A DNA stretch of 55,924 nucleotides, taken from Spirochaetia bacterium. GTDB taxonomy: Bacteria; Spirochaetota; Spirochaetia; DSM-27196; PWMO01. The notes beneath the pieces are model-generated. The model did no database searches, was not told the DNA's origin, and was given only the letters and a program-made list of their open reading frames with translations. Every line of letters begins with the position of its first letter. Positions within the stretch are counted from its first letter, which is position 1. Shown piece after piece: positions 29,559 through 39,365 of the stretch. Location: positions 8,514 through 64,437 of the forward strand of contig JAWLED010000004.1 in assembly GCA_041686235.1 (NCBI GenBank), in the 5' to 3' direction. Position numbers and translations under genes: made by a program.

Positions 29559-30461
29559 TCATCCTCGCGGATGATACTCGCGGTGGTAGGTCTTGAGGCT
29601 GCTCTTATCGATGTGCGTGTAGATTTGCGTCGTCGATATGTCGGAGTGCCCCAACAGCTCTTGCACCGCGCGCAGGTCCGCCCCGCCTTGCAAGAGATGC
29701 GTCGCGTAGGAGTGGCGCAACGTGTGAACCTTCGCGTCGATTCCCGCACGAGTACATAATTCGTGGAACCGTTTCCACATCCCTTTCCTCGAGAGACCGT
29801 TCCCCCGGTGATTCAAGAACACGTACGACGTGCGCCTCCCCGACTTGGTCAGCGCGCCTCGACCGTGATCAAGATAGCTTTGCAGCCGGCTCACCGCCTC
29901 CCCGCCGACAGGGACCAGCCGCTCGCGGTCGCCCTTGCCGCGCACCCGGATGAGCCCCTCGTCCAGGTGGAGCCGATCGAGGGTCAGCTCTACCGCTTCC
30001 GAAATGCGCAGACCGCACGAATAAATCAGCTCGAATAGGGCACGGTCACGTAGTCCAAAGGGGCTGTCAACGTCTATATGGGCGAGTAGCTTCTCCACCT
30101 CTTCCACCGCCAGCACCCCCGGCGCCCGCTGTTCGGTCTTCGGCATGTCGACCGAAAGCGCGGGGTTATCGGCGCGCACGCCCTCGAGCACGAGGAATTG
30201 AAAGAACGACCGCAGCCCCGAGAGGACCTTCGCGATCGTCCGCTGTTCCACGGCCTTATCGCTCGTCTGGCGGTAAATCAGATAGCGGATAACGTCCACC
30301 GACTTCTGATCGACGGGGCTCAGTCCCTTCTCGTCAAGATAGTCGAGGTACGCACCGCTCTCGCGCACGTAGGTTTCCACCGTCTGAGGGGACAACCGCA
30401 GCTCTACGAGAAGATAGTCTTCGAAGCGGTCACGGAGATCGGCGTTAGAGCTCACGGCCAC
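29559..30461 (-). CDS. xerD: Tyrosine recombinase XerD
   Basis: RDRALFE...GLRISE, GKGDRERLVP, HTLRHSYATHLL.GGADLR.VQ.LLGH.DISTTQIYTH. Confidence 0.9.
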   Translation of the reverse strand: MAVSSNADLRDRFEDYLLVELRLSPQTVETYVRESGAYLDYLDEKGLSPVDQKSVDVIRYLIYRQTSDKAVEQRTIAKVLSGLRSFFQFLVLEGVRADNPALSVDMPKTEQRAPGVLAVEEVEKLLAHIDVDSPFGLRDRALFELIYSCGLRISEAVELTLDRLHLDEGLIRVRGKGDRERLVPVGGEAVSRLQSYLDHGRGALTKSGRRTSYVFLNHRGNGLSRKGMWKRFHELCTRAGIDAKVHTLRHSYATHLLQGGADLRAVQELLGHSDISTTQIYTHIDKSSLKTYHREYHPRG

Positions 30462-30463
30462 AG

Positions 30464-31642
30464 TTACTTATCTCCGTTTGCCTTACGCCGGTAGCGTAGC
30501 ACCGCCGGAATTCCAAACTCTTCGGAAAAAGACGGCTCCTCGCCGAAGAGCTCCTTTTGCTCGTCTTGTGCGCCCCCGGAGGTCATCTGAACCCATTCGT
30601 CGAGAGAGATGAACTCCTCGCTCTTACGCTCGCTCTTCTCTGCGGAGGGGCGTTTTCGTTCATCGTTGTTGAACCCGGTTGCAATCACCGAAACCTTGAC
30701 CTCGTCCTCCATGAGCTCATCCAAGGCACTGCCGGCTATGACGAGCGCGTCGTCGTCGGCGTTTGCCGTGATGATGTTGAGGACCTCCTCGTATTCGGTG
30801 AGGGAGAAGTCCGATCCACCGGTGACATTGACCAGGATGCCTTTGGCCCCTTCGATGCGGGCGTCCTCGAGCAGCGGGTTGTTGATGGCATTGGTGGCCG
30901 CATCCACGGCGCGATTCTCACCATTGCCCGTTCCGATGCCCATGAGCGCGTCGCCCCGCCCGTTCATGATGGTTTTGACGTCTGCAAAGTCGATGTTGAT
31001 TTCACCGGGCTTGGTAATCAAATCGGAGATGCCTTGGACTCCCTGGCGCAGCACGTCGTCGGCCATGAGGAAGGCCTCTTTGATCGGAGTCTTTCGCTCG
31101 ACGATGTTGAGAAGATGCTGATTCGGAATCGTAATCAGAGTATCGACCTCTTCACGGAGCTGCCCGATTCCCTCCTCGGCAAGGCGAAACTTGCGTTTTC
31201 CCTCGAAGTTGAAGGGCTTGGTGACCACGCCCACCGTGAGAATGGACATCTCTCTTGCAAGCCGCGCAATGACCGGCGCGGCTCCCGTGCCGGTGCCTCC
31301 CCCCATTCCGGCGGTAATGAACACCATGTCGGCGCCTCGAATGACGTTTTGGATCTCCTCCTGATCCTCGAGAGCGGCCTTTTCGCCGGTTTCGGGAACT
31401 CCTCCCGCGCCGAGCCCGCCCGTGAGCTTAGAGCCAAGGGGCAGCCGAGTCTCGGCATTGGACATCTGCAGCGCCTGCAAATCGGTATTTACCGCTATGA
31501 ACTCTACGTTGGTAACGCCGTAGGCGATCATCCGATTTATTGCATTGCTTCCGCCGCCGCCTACGCCGATGACTTTGATAATCGTGTTGCTACCAAAGCC
31601 TTCATCCAAATTTGCGTTGTCTTCGACAATTTCGAACTTCAT
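30464..31642 (-). CDS. ftsZ: Cell division protein FtsZ
   Basis: GGGTGTG tubulin signature, NIDFAD, C-terminal GIPAVLR. Start at the ATG at 31642 with a GGGAGG SD. Confidence 0.98.
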   Translation of the reverse strand: MKFEIVEDNANLDEGFGSNTIIKVIGVGGGGSNAINRMIAYGVTNVEFIAVNTDLQALQMSNAETRLPLGSKLTGGLGAGGVPETGEKAALEDQEEIQNVIRGADMVFITAGMGGGTGTGAAPVIARLAREMSILTVGVVTKPFNFEGKRKFRLAEEGIGQLREEVDTLITIPNQHLLNIVERKTPIKEAFLMADDVLRQGVQGISDLITKPGEINIDFADVKTIMNGRGDALMGIGTGNGENRAVDAATNAINNPLLEDARIEGAKGILVNVTGGSDFSLTEYEEVLNIITANADDDALVIAGSALDELMEDEVKVSVIATGFNNDERKRPSAEKSERKSEEFISLDEWVQMTSGGAQDEQKELFGEEPSFSEEFGIPAVLRYRRKANGDK

Positions 31643-31667
31643 ATCCCCTCCCAGTGTATGAAGCAAT

Positions 31668-32903
31668 CTATTCAAAAAAATTGCGTAACCACGTTCGCAA
31701 TCCTTCCAGTACTCCGTTTGATTTTGGTTTTACCGCAGCCTCACTCCCTCTGCGACCCATCGTATCTTCTGCAAAAAGAACCAGCCCCACTCCCGTGGAG
31801 TATTCGGGACTTCGATATGAGTCGACTACTCCGTGGTAGTTTCCGGGCATGCCCACTCGCGCGGCGGTGTGGAACACCTCCTGAGCCAATTCTACCGCGC
31901 CGGGCATGAGCGCCCCTCCGCCGGTCAACACGACGCCGCCGAACAACCGCTTCAAATGCCCTTTCTTCTGCACCTTGTCACGGACCATCGTGAGAATCTC
32001 GGCCATTCGTGGTTGTATGATATTGGCGATGTCGCTTCGCTTTGCCTGCAGCGGCGGCCGTCCCCCCACACCGGGGATGATCACCGGCTCGCCTTCCTCT
32101 ACCATGGGTGCGTAACAGCACCCGGCCTCTCTCTTGATACGCTCGGCGGCCTCCATGGGCGTCTTTAGCATGATCGAGAGGTCGTTGGTTATTTGCGCCC
32201 CGCCAACCGGTAGGACGCTCGTGTAGTAGGGGGCGCCGTCGATATGCACGAGCATATCGGTAGTGCCTCCCCCGAGGTCGATCAAGAGCACTCCGAGCTC
32301 CTGCTCTTCGCGGGTCAGCACCGCCCTGCTCGAAGCAAGCGACTCGAGTATGAGTGACTCTACCTTGAATCCGGCACGATTTACGCACTTCACGAGGTTC
32401 TGGGCCGAGGTTACCGACCCCGTTATGATATGCACTTCCGCTTCGAGCCGCACCCCGATCATGTCCAGAGGATTCTTGATACCGCCCTGCTCGTCGACGA
32501 TATACTCCTGCGGTATGACGTGGAGAACCTCGCGGTCCATGGGGATCACCACCGCTTTGGCGGCATCGATAACACGGTCCACATCGGTTTGTGCAATTTC
32601 CCGACCGCGGCCGGTAACGGCGACCACGCCGCGAGAGTTCAATCCCTCGATATGGCCGCCGGCAATTCCGGTAACCACACTCCCGACCTCACGCCCGGCC
32701 ATCTGTTCTGCTGCCTCTACAGCGGCATCGACCGACTTGAGCGTGGCCTCGATGTTGACCACCACGCCACGGCGCAGCCCGGTCGAGGGAGCGGTACCGA
32801 TCCCGATAATCTGGAGGCGGTCGTTCTCGTCGTACTCGCCGATCACTGCGGTCACCTTGGTGGTACCGATATCGAGACCGACCAGAACGTCACTCGCTTG
32901 CAC
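31668..32903 (-). CDS. ftsA: Cell division protein FtsA
   Basis: [21 protein letters not shown] and a C-terminal amphipathic WLRNFF. Probable GTG start at 32903. Confidence 0.97.
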   Translation of the reverse strand: MQASDVLVGLDIGTTKVTAVIGEYDENDRLQIIGIGTAPSTGLRRGVVVNIEATLKSVDAAVEAAEQMAGREVGSVVTGIAGGHIEGLNSRGVVAVTGRGREIAQTDVDRVIDAAKAVVIPMDREVLHVIPQEYIVDEQGGIKNPLDMIGVRLEAEVHIITGSVTSAQNLVKCVNRAGFKVESLILESLASSRAVLTREEQELGVLLIDLGGGTTDMLVHIDGAPYYTSVLPVGGAQITNDLSIMLKTPMEAAERIKREAGCCYAPMVEEGEPVIIPGVGGRPPLQAKRSDIANIIQPRMAEILTMVRDKVQKKGHLKRLFGGVVLTGGGALMPGAVELAQEVFHTAARVGMPGNYHGVVDSYRSPEYSTGVGLVLFAEDTMGRRGSEAAVKPKSNGVLEGLRTWLRNFFE

Positions 32904-32905
32904 CC

Positions 32906-33757
32906 TCAATCCTCCTCGGTGCGGAATACGATTTCGCCGCTGCGAAAATCAAGCTCGTCGACCTCGTCGAGCCGCCCGTCTCTCTCGAACGCATCGAGAA
33001 CCATTATAATATACTCACAGAGTGATCCGTCCACACCGCTGCCCACACGCACGGGCGTATCGTAGTCTACCGGATACAGTACAACGTCAAAGGTGTGATC
33101 GCCGGTGGGTACGATGCGGTACTCCGATATCTGGTCGTAGACGGCCGGATAATTGAGCTTCATCTCCTGCACCTCCCCAAGAAACTCGTGAAGCATGCCG
33201 GGAAGCTCTGTACCGGCGGAGAACCCGTCCTCGAAGCGAATGCCGGAAACCAGCGGCAGGTCGGATGATCCGAGGTCTCCGCGCATCTCGAACAGCACCC
33301 CCTCCTTGTCCACCGCCACCGGCACGGTGCCGTTTTCCCCCGAAGCAAAGGCGAGCATGAGCGGCTTGCGCGCGGCAATGCGTATATCGAGGCGGTTGGG
33401 AAACACCTTTTCCACCTCCGCCGCACGGACGGAAGGGTGCTCGCGAAGCTGCGCGGCCACGGTTGCCGTGTCTACCGAAAAGTACGACACGCCGTCTCGC
33501 ACCCCCGCCATGTCCAGCAGCTCACCGTTGGCAATCGGAACCTCGCTCTCCAGCGATATCCGCGAAATTGTGAGCTCAGGGGCAATAATAAAGTGAAACG
33601 CGAGCTCTGCTATTACGATCAGCGCCAACACGGCAATAATCAACAGAAGAATCCTCGCGGTGCGCTCGCTATCCTGGGCTCTGTTGCGTTTTGTCTCTTT
33701 GCGGTCTCGGCCGCCGGTGCGTCCGGCCATACCGCGGTTCATTACGAGATCAGCCAT
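32906..33757 (-). CDS. ftsQ: Cell division protein FtsQ/DivIB
   Basis: TM plus POTRA domain (VEKVFPNRL), C-terminal LDFR; lies between ftsW and ftsA. Confidence 0.88.
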   Translation of the reverse strand: MADLVMNRGMAGRTGGRDRKETKRNRAQDSERTARILLLIIAVLALIVIAELAFHFIIAPELTISRISLESEVPIANGELLDMAGVRDGVSYFSVDTATVAAQLREHPSVRAAEVEKVFPNRLDIRIAARKPLMLAFASGENGTVPVAVDKEGVLFEMRGDLGSSDLPLVSGIRFEDGFSAGTELPGMLHEFLGEVQEMKLNYPAVYDQISEYRIVPTGDHTFDVVLYPVDYDTPVRVGSGVDGSLCEYIIMVLDAFERDGRLDEVDELDFRSGEIVFRTEED

Positions 33758-34892
33758 GCAGCTCACCTCCCCGCCGCTCGGTGAAGCGAGAGACGTTGAG
33801 GAGTAGCCCGCACATAACGAGCGTCATAAAAACGGAGGTTCCGCCGGAGGAGAAAAACGGCAACGGCACGCCCGTTGCCGGCACGGCGCCGGCGACGACG
33901 GCAAGGTTGAACAGCGCTTGCAGGCACACCGTCGAGGTAAGGCCGAATGCCACGAGCGAGGTGAAGCGGTCGGAAGCCGTATAGGCTATCAAATATCCGC
34001 GGTAGGCAAGCATACCGAATAGCGAAACGATCAACAGCACGCCCGCAAAACCCAGCTCTTCGGCCAATATGGCAAACACGAAATCCGAATGCGCCTCCGG
34101 AAGTCTCCCCGCCTTTTGGACACTCCCCCCGATGCCCTCGCCCCACAAGCCGCCGGCACGCAGCGCCGCATTCGAGGCAAAGACTTGATATCCGGTTCCG
34201 GTGGGGTCCCGCGCGGGTTCGAGATAGGAGACCAATCGTTTGACCCGATGCTCTCGGCTCAGAAGCAGAATCACAGCCAGTGGCACCATCATCACACCGA
34301 GACCCATGAAGTAGCGCAGGGGCACGTTTGCAACGAACAACATCGCCAACGCGATAAACACGAGGAAAAACCCGGTCGAGAAGTCATTTTGCACGTAAAT
34401 GAGTGAAGCAAACACGGCAACGACGATGATCGGCGGCAACAGAGCGTTAACCGGGTCGTCCATCCGGTCTTGCTTCTTGCTGAGTATGAAGGCCAGATAG
34501 ATGACCACCGTCAACTTTGCAAGCTCCGACGGCTGAAACGAGTAACCGAATATGAAAATCCATCGTCTTGCCCCGAGAAACTCAGTTCCGATCCCCGGAA
34601 CAAAGGTAAGCAGCATCAGCACGAGCGTGGCGCCGAGAATGAGGCGCATCTGCTTTTGGATAAACGTCAGACTGATGCGAGCGGCAAGCGTCGCCGCCGC
34701 AGCACCAAGCAGCACCCACAACGCCTGGCGGCGAAAAAAATAGAGCGGATCGTCGAACAGACGCTGGGCTCGAAAATACGAGGAGGAGAAAAGCATGGAT
34801 ACACCGACGGTGGCCAGCAGCACAATTACCGCCAGCAGCACGGTATCCATGGGTTGTTTCTTTTCCACGCGTTCTACCGCAAAACTGTTCAT
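33750..34892 (-). CDS. ftsW: SEDS peptidoglycan polymerase FtsW
   Basis: GARRW, QPSELAK, LPEAHSDF, TGVPLPFFSSGGTS; ATGA overlap with mraY. Confidence 0.95.
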   Translation of the reverse strand: MNSFAVERVEKKQPMDTVLLAVIVLLATVGVSMLFSSSYFRAQRLFDDPLYFFRRQALWVLLGAAAATLAARISLTFIQKQMRLILGATLVLMLLTFVPGIGTEFLGARRWIFIFGYSFQPSELAKLTVVIYLAFILSKKQDRMDDPVNALLPPIIVVAVFASLIYVQNDFSTGFFLVFIALAMLFVANVPLRYFMGLGVMMVPLAVILLLSREHRVKRLVSYLEPARDPTGTGYQVFASNAALRAGGLWGEGIGGSVQKAGRLPEAHSDFVFAILAEELGFAGVLLIVSLFGMLAYRGYLIAYTASDRFTSLVAFGLTSTVCLQALFNLAVVAGAVPATGVPLPFFSSGGTSVFMTLVMCGLLLNVSRFTERRGGELHG

Positions 34893-35968
34893 CGCAGCTT
34901 CAATGTCGAAAGACTGAGAATTGCAAACAATCCGCCGAGAATCCAGAGACGGAGCACGACTTTCGACTCCGCCCATCCCATGAGCTCAAAATGATGGTGC
35001 AGCGGTGCCATGCGAAACACTCGTTTCTTGCGCAACTTGTACGAAACGACCTGGATGATGACCGAACCCGCCTCCAGCACGAACACCCCGCCCACGATGA
35101 TCAAAAGGATCTCTTTCTTTATCATCATGGCCATGACGCCGATGGCGCCACCCAGTGCCAAGCTGCCGGTATCTCCCATCATGACCTCGGCCGGATGCGC
35201 GTTGAACCACAGGAACCCCACACATGCTCCGACGAGCGCCAAGGCGAACACTGCCAACTCACCCGCTCCGGCGAGAAAGGGGATCTGCAGGTACTCGGCA
35301 AAGTCCACACGTCCGGCAAGATAGGAAAGCGCGGTGAAGGTTAGCCCGACGAGGATCACCAACCCCGTCGCCAAGCCGTCGAGGCCGTCGGTGAGGTTGA
35401 CCGCGTTGGTCGTTCCCACCAGCAAAAGCACGCCGAAGGGAATGTAGAGCACACCGAGGTCGAGGACGGGGTCTTTGATGAAGGGGATGTAGAGCAAGGT
35501 TGCGTATTCGGTGGAGTTCAAATAGAGAAACAGCGACACGGTAAGTGCCAAAACAATTTGACCGCTGAACTTGATCCAGGCCGCCATCCCGTCGGATTTC
35601 TTCTTATAGGTTTTGAGCCAGTCGTCCACAAAACCAAGCAGGCCGAACCCCACGACCGAAAGCAGTGCCACCCATGTGTAGACGGTCGAGATGTCCATCC
35701 AGAGGACCGCCGAGACCACGATGGCGAGAATGATCATCAGTCCGCCCATCGTAGGTGTTCCGGATTTTATCTTGTGGGTTTCGGGACCGTCCACGCGTAT
35801 CGACTCGCCGGCTTCCCGCTTCTGCAAAAAGTGGATAATGGAGGGCCCGAATATGAAACAAATGAGCAGAGCGGTTATTGCCGCGTACGCCGCGCGGAAG
35901 GTGATGTACTGAAAGACGTTGAACGGCGTGAAATACCGCACCAGCGGATAGAGGAACTCCGGAAACAT
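34889..35968 (-). CDS. mraY: Phospho-MurNAc-pentapeptide transferase
   Basis: KSGTPTMGG, DD, NAVNLTDGLDGL, MGDTGS, APLHHHFE. Confidence 0.98.
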   Translation of the reverse strand: MFPEFLYPLVRYFTPFNVFQYITFRAAYAAITALLICFIFGPSIIHFLQKREAGESIRVDGPETHKIKSGTPTMGGLMIILAIVVSAVLWMDISTVYTWVALLSVVGFGLLGFVDDWLKTYKKKSDGMAAWIKFSGQIVLALTVSLFLYLNSTEYATLLYIPFIKDPVLDLGVLYIPFGVLLLVGTTNAVNLTDGLDGLATGLVILVGLTFTALSYLAGRVDFAEYLQIPFLAGAGELAVFALALVGACVGFLWFNAHPAEVMMGDTGSLALGGAIGVMAMMIKKEILLIIVGGVFVLEAGSVIIQVVSYKLRKKRVFRMAPLHHHFELMGWAESKVVLRLWILGGLFAILSLSTLKLR

Positions 35969-37386
35969 CAGCTACCCCCTCCCCCTCGCGTCAGAAGCGG
36001 CAACAAGCGCTCCAGACGCGTTCCCCTGCTCCCCTTGAGCAGGACGAGATCTCCCTCTCGTACCGTTTCCGAGATGAGCGACGAGAGTTCATCAATATCG
36101 CCGGCCCACATGAGCCGTTTCGATGCCTCGGCATCTTGATCCGAAAGCGCTTTTGCCGCCGCCTCGAACTCTTCGCCGAACAAAACCGTAACGTCCGCCC
36201 CCGAGGCCAGCGCCGAGGCGGCCACGGCCTCGTGATGCGCGGCCGTATACGAACCGAGCTCATACATGGCCCCCAGCACGAGGATCTTCTTCCCGCTCCG
36301 GTGGGGCGTTTCGGCGATGAGCTCAATGGCTGCCCGCATCGAGTCCACGTTGGCGTTGTACGAATCGTGCAGGACGGTAATAGTTCCGCGGATGACCTCT
36401 CCACGGCCGAACTCCGGTTGGGCAGACTCCAGACCGGCCTGGATGTCGTCGTCGCTACAGCCCAGCTGGAGTCCCACCGTAATAGCGGCGAGTGCGTTGC
36501 GCACGTTATGCTCACCGGCCAGTGGGAGCCGGATGCGCCGTCCGCGCCACCGCAAAACGGTCCCCTCGACACCGCGCGGCTCGAACCCTTCGTAGCCGAG
36601 AGTAGTTTCGGGACCAAAGGTCACGATGTGAGCGGCCGCACCGTCCTCGAGGACGGCGCGATAGGGCTCCGACTCGTAGAGAACGGCGGTCTGGGACCCG
36701 TCGAAGCGGCTAAACACCCGCCGTTTCTCGTAGGCAATTGCCTCCTGCGAGCCCACGAGCCCGATGTGTGCCGTGCCGATATTGGTGATGACCGCGAGGT
36801 CGGGACGGACGATATCGGCAAGGACCTCCATTTCGCCGACATGATTCATGGCGAGCTCAAACACCCCGAACACATGCTCTTCGCCGACATCGAAGACCGA
36901 CAGCGGCACGCCGATCTCGGAGTTGTAGTTGCCTCTGGTCTTAAAGGTGGAATCCTTCTGCGAGAGTACGGAGGCAATCAGCTCTTTCGTGGTCGTCTTC
37001 CCGTTGCTGCCGGTTATTCCCACCCGTCGCAGATGGGGAAACGACGCCAGCCTCGCGCGGGCAAGGTCCTGCAACGCGGAGAGCGGGTCGTCTACCGCGC
37101 ACACGCCGGCGTCGGTTTCGCCGAGCAGTGCACTGATTTCGGTCTCGCGACCGGAGGCCCAGTCGGAGCGCACCAGCGCCATCGAAGCTCCCGAGCGCAG
37201 GGCGTCGGCGACGAAGAGGTGGCCGTCGGTGTGCTCGCCGGGCAGGGCCACGAACAAACTGCCGGCGCCGCAGGTGCGTGAGTCGATAGTTACCGTTGTG
37301 ACGGGGCGTTTCCCCGGTCCAAAGAGCTTACCGCCGACGATCTCGGCGACGGCAAGACCGGACTCACCGAGCGCGGGCCTCGTCAT
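35968..37386 (-). CDS. murF: UDP-MurNAc-tripeptide--D-Ala-D-Ala ligase
   Basis: DSR, GITGSNGKTTTKE, DSYNAN, LKGSRG. Confidence 0.96.
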   Translation of the reverse strand: MTRPALGESGLAVAEIVGGKLFGPGKRPVTTVTIDSRTCGAGSLFVALPGEHTDGHLFVADALRSGASMALVRSDWASGRETEISALLGETDAGVCAVDDPLSALQDLARARLASFPHLRRVGITGSNGKTTTKELIASVLSQKDSTFKTRGNYNSEIGVPLSVFDVGEEHVFGVFELAMNHVGEMEVLADIVRPDLAVITNIGTAHIGLVGSQEAIAYEKRRVFSRFDGSQTAVLYESEPYRAVLEDGAAAHIVTFGPETTLGYEGFEPRGVEGTVLRWRGRRIRLPLAGEHNVRNALAAITVGLQLGCSDDDIQAGLESAQPEFGRGEVIRGTITVLHDSYNANVDSMRAAIELIAETPHRSGKKILVLGAMYELGSYTAAHHEAVAASALASGADVTVLFGEEFEAAAKALSDQDAEASKRLMWAGDIDELSSLISETVREGDLVLLKGSRGTRLERLLPLLTRGGGGS

Positions 37387-37663
37387 CTTGCCTCCCAGCT
37401 TCGATGTTTATGTATACGGTGGGAGCCGGAAACTCGCGTTCGAGCTCGAGCTCCTCTTCGGCAACCGCCTGAATACGGGCGGGCGAGCGAAGCACTGCAA
37501 TTCCGGCAATGAGACGCTTGTTTTCTTCTACGATCTCACGCTGCTCCTCTTCGAGTTGAGAAACGTCCTGATCGAGCATTTCGTAGCGAAATGATTGCCA
37601 TACGTTGAAAAAGAGTGCAACAGGAAGAACGATGACACAGGCATAAGCAATGTAGCGCCTCAC
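37364..37663 (-). CDS. ftsL: Cell division protein FtsL
   Basis: Small TM plus coiled coil with LRSPARIQAVA; follows rsmH. Confidence 0.8.
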   Translation of the reverse strand: MRRYIAYACVIVLPVALFFNVWQSFRYEMLDQDVSQLEEEQREIVEENKRLIAGIAVLRSPARIQAVAEEELELEREFPAPTVYINIEAGRQDDEARAR

Positions 37664-38607
37664 ACGGCCCCCTCTGATTCGTCGAGTTTCTCCGCCACGC
37701 GAAAACGAGCACTTCGAGATGCCGGATTGTCCTGACGTTCTTCATCGTTGGGCATAAGCGGCTTTTTGGTCGGCACGTGTAGCGACGGGTCCCCCTCTAC
37801 AGACATCGGCGCCTCGGCATGCCCTTTGGAGCGGTAATTGTAACGGCGAAAGCACTGTTTTACGATCCGATCCTCGAGCGAATGGAACGCAATGACGCCG
37901 ATTCTGCCGTGGGGAGCAAGCACCCGCAATGCCGCCTCGAGGCCGCGCTCGATGCGCTCGAGCTCCCGGTTGACCGCAATACGGAGGGCCTGGAACGTGC
38001 GCGTTGCCGGGTGGATGCGGCCGTGGCGATACTTACCCGGCACCGCATGCCAAACGATATCGGCGAGCTCCGCCGCCGTACGGATGGTGCGGGCCGAACG
38101 CTCCCTCACGATGCGCTCGGCGATGCGTCGCGAGTACCGCTCTTCGCCGTATTGGTAGATGACGTCGGCCAATTCCTTCTCCCCCAGCGTGTTCACCAAC
38201 TCCTCCGCAGACCTATCCGCCTGCGGGTTCAACCGCATATCCAGCGGCTCGGCGGAACGAAACGAGAATCCACGACCGGATTCGGCATAATGGAAACTCG
38301 ATATTCCCAGATCCAAAAGGATCCGCTCCGGCAGACGCGCCTCGGCATAGTTCGCGAAGAACTCGTCGAACCATGCATGTCGCAACTCGACTCGGTCACC
38401 GTACCGCGCGAGCCGCGTCGCCGCGCGCTCGAGCATCTGTGAATCCGCGTCAAGCCCGATCAAGGCCAACGTCGGATGGGTGTCCAGGAAAAGCGCCGAA
38501 TGTCCGCCCTCGCCCAGGGTTCCGTCGATGAGCAACTCACCGTCGTGTTCGGGTGCAAGCCACTCGAGCACCTCCGTCGGCATAACCGGCCTGTGTTGGT
38601 ACTCCAT
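37660..38607 (-). CDS. rsmH: 16S rRNA C1402 N4-methyltransferase
   Basis: DGTLGEGGHS, LDMR, HPATRTFQALRIAVN, FHSLEDR, NPASRSA. Confidence 0.97.
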   Translation of the reverse strand: MEYQHRPVMPTEVLEWLAPEHDGELLIDGTLGEGGHSALFLDTHPTLALIGLDADSQMLERAATRLARYGDRVELRHAWFDEFFANYAEARLPERILLDLGISSFHYAESGRGFSFRSAEPLDMRLNPQADRSAEELVNTLGEKELADVIYQYGEERYSRRIAERIVRERSARTIRTAAELADIVWHAVPGKYRHGRIHPATRTFQALRIAVNRELERIERGLEAALRVLAPHGRIGVIAFHSLEDRIVKQCFRRYNYRSKGHAEAPMSVEGDPSLHVPTKKPLMPNDEERQDNPASRSARFRVAEKLDESEGAV

Positions 38608-38623
38608 GGCGTATCACCGATCC

Positions 38624-39064
38624 CTAGAACGAGATGCGTCCTCCCAGTTCTTCGGCTGCTTCCTGGAACTCACCCTCACTCTCCTCCAAATATGCTTCGT
38701 ATTCATCGACGTCCCAAACCTCGATGAACCGTTTGATGCCTTGAATAACACATTCTCTTCTGAGTCCCACCGCCTCCTGCAACGCGTGGGGAATGTTGAT
38801 GCGACCGTTCTTATCCACCTCTATCTCTTGCGCCGGCGCGATAATGCGGCGCTGCAGAAGTCGTGCTTTTTTCACGAACGGGCTGGCGGCTCCCATCAAG
38901 CTGTCCGATATGGCCTTCCACTCTTCGGGAGGAAACAGCCACAAACAGCGGTCAATGCCGCGCGTTATCACGAGCTCGTTTCCCGGTATCTCCGCTCGCA
39001 TCTTGGACGGAATGAGCAGGCGCCCCTTTTCGTCGAGCGAGTTTCGAAACTGCCCCGTGATCAT
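38624..39064 (-). CDS. mraZ: Division/cell wall cluster repressor MraZ
   Basis: Two DxKGR/DxNGR AbrB-like repeats; first gene of the dcw cluster. Confidence 0.96.
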   Translation of the reverse strand: MITGQFRNSLDEKGRLLIPSKMRAEIPGNELVITRGIDRCLWLFPPEEWKAISDSLMGAASPFVKKARLLQRRIIAPAQEIEVDKNGRINIPHALQEAVGLRRECVIQGIKRFIEVWDVDEYEAYLEESEGEFQEAAEELGGRISF

Positions 39065-39070
39065 CCCTTA

Positions 39071-39120
39071 CCTTCCACTTTATTCTATTAACTCCCACTT
39101 TCTCCCACAGCTCTCCCCAT
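39071..39120 (-). promoter_or_regulatory. MraZ-binding direct repeats (dcw boxes)
   Basis: Minus strand reads aTGGGGagagctGTGGGagaaaGTGGGagttaatagaataaaGTGGAagg: GTGG(G/A) boxes in 10-bp phase between the -10 box and mraZ. Confidence 0.75.
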
Positions 39121-39146
39121 TCTATTGCATCCCGAGCCGCTGTCAA
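39119..39146 (-). promoter_or_regulatory. sigma70 promoter of the mraZ/dcw operon
   Basis: TTGACA-16 nt-TAGAAT. Confidence 0.75.
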
Positions 39147-39365
39147 CGCAGTAGACAGAATAGATGTGCGTAAAATTACGCGTTGCAGAGACGGAACTAT
39201 AAGCCTGTGTAGTATTTGCTCGACAAAATCGCCGTACCGGGCACCGGAGTGGGAAAAAGCGAGCGGGCACAACCTCGGGGAGCGATGCGGAGCGCCGACG
39301 TCGCGACGCGTTCGGGCGGGCCGACGCCGCCGGGCGTTGACGCCGCGTGGCGCGGGGGTGCGGGG

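Noticed and set aside
26805-30461. Two tyrosine recombinases as a possible integrative element
   Set aside because: They have typical XerC/XerD size and motifs in a housekeeping context, with no att sites, cargo genes or flanking tRNA. I could not identify a dif site either.
30464-39064. Absence of ftsI, murE, murD, murG, murC and ddl from the dcw cluster
   Set aside because: This reduced order is the normal spirochete arrangement.
39150-39365. Possible small RNA or small ORF between GH57 and mraZ
   Set aside because: I recognised no RNA family, no convincing promoter-terminator pair and no SD-supported ORF.
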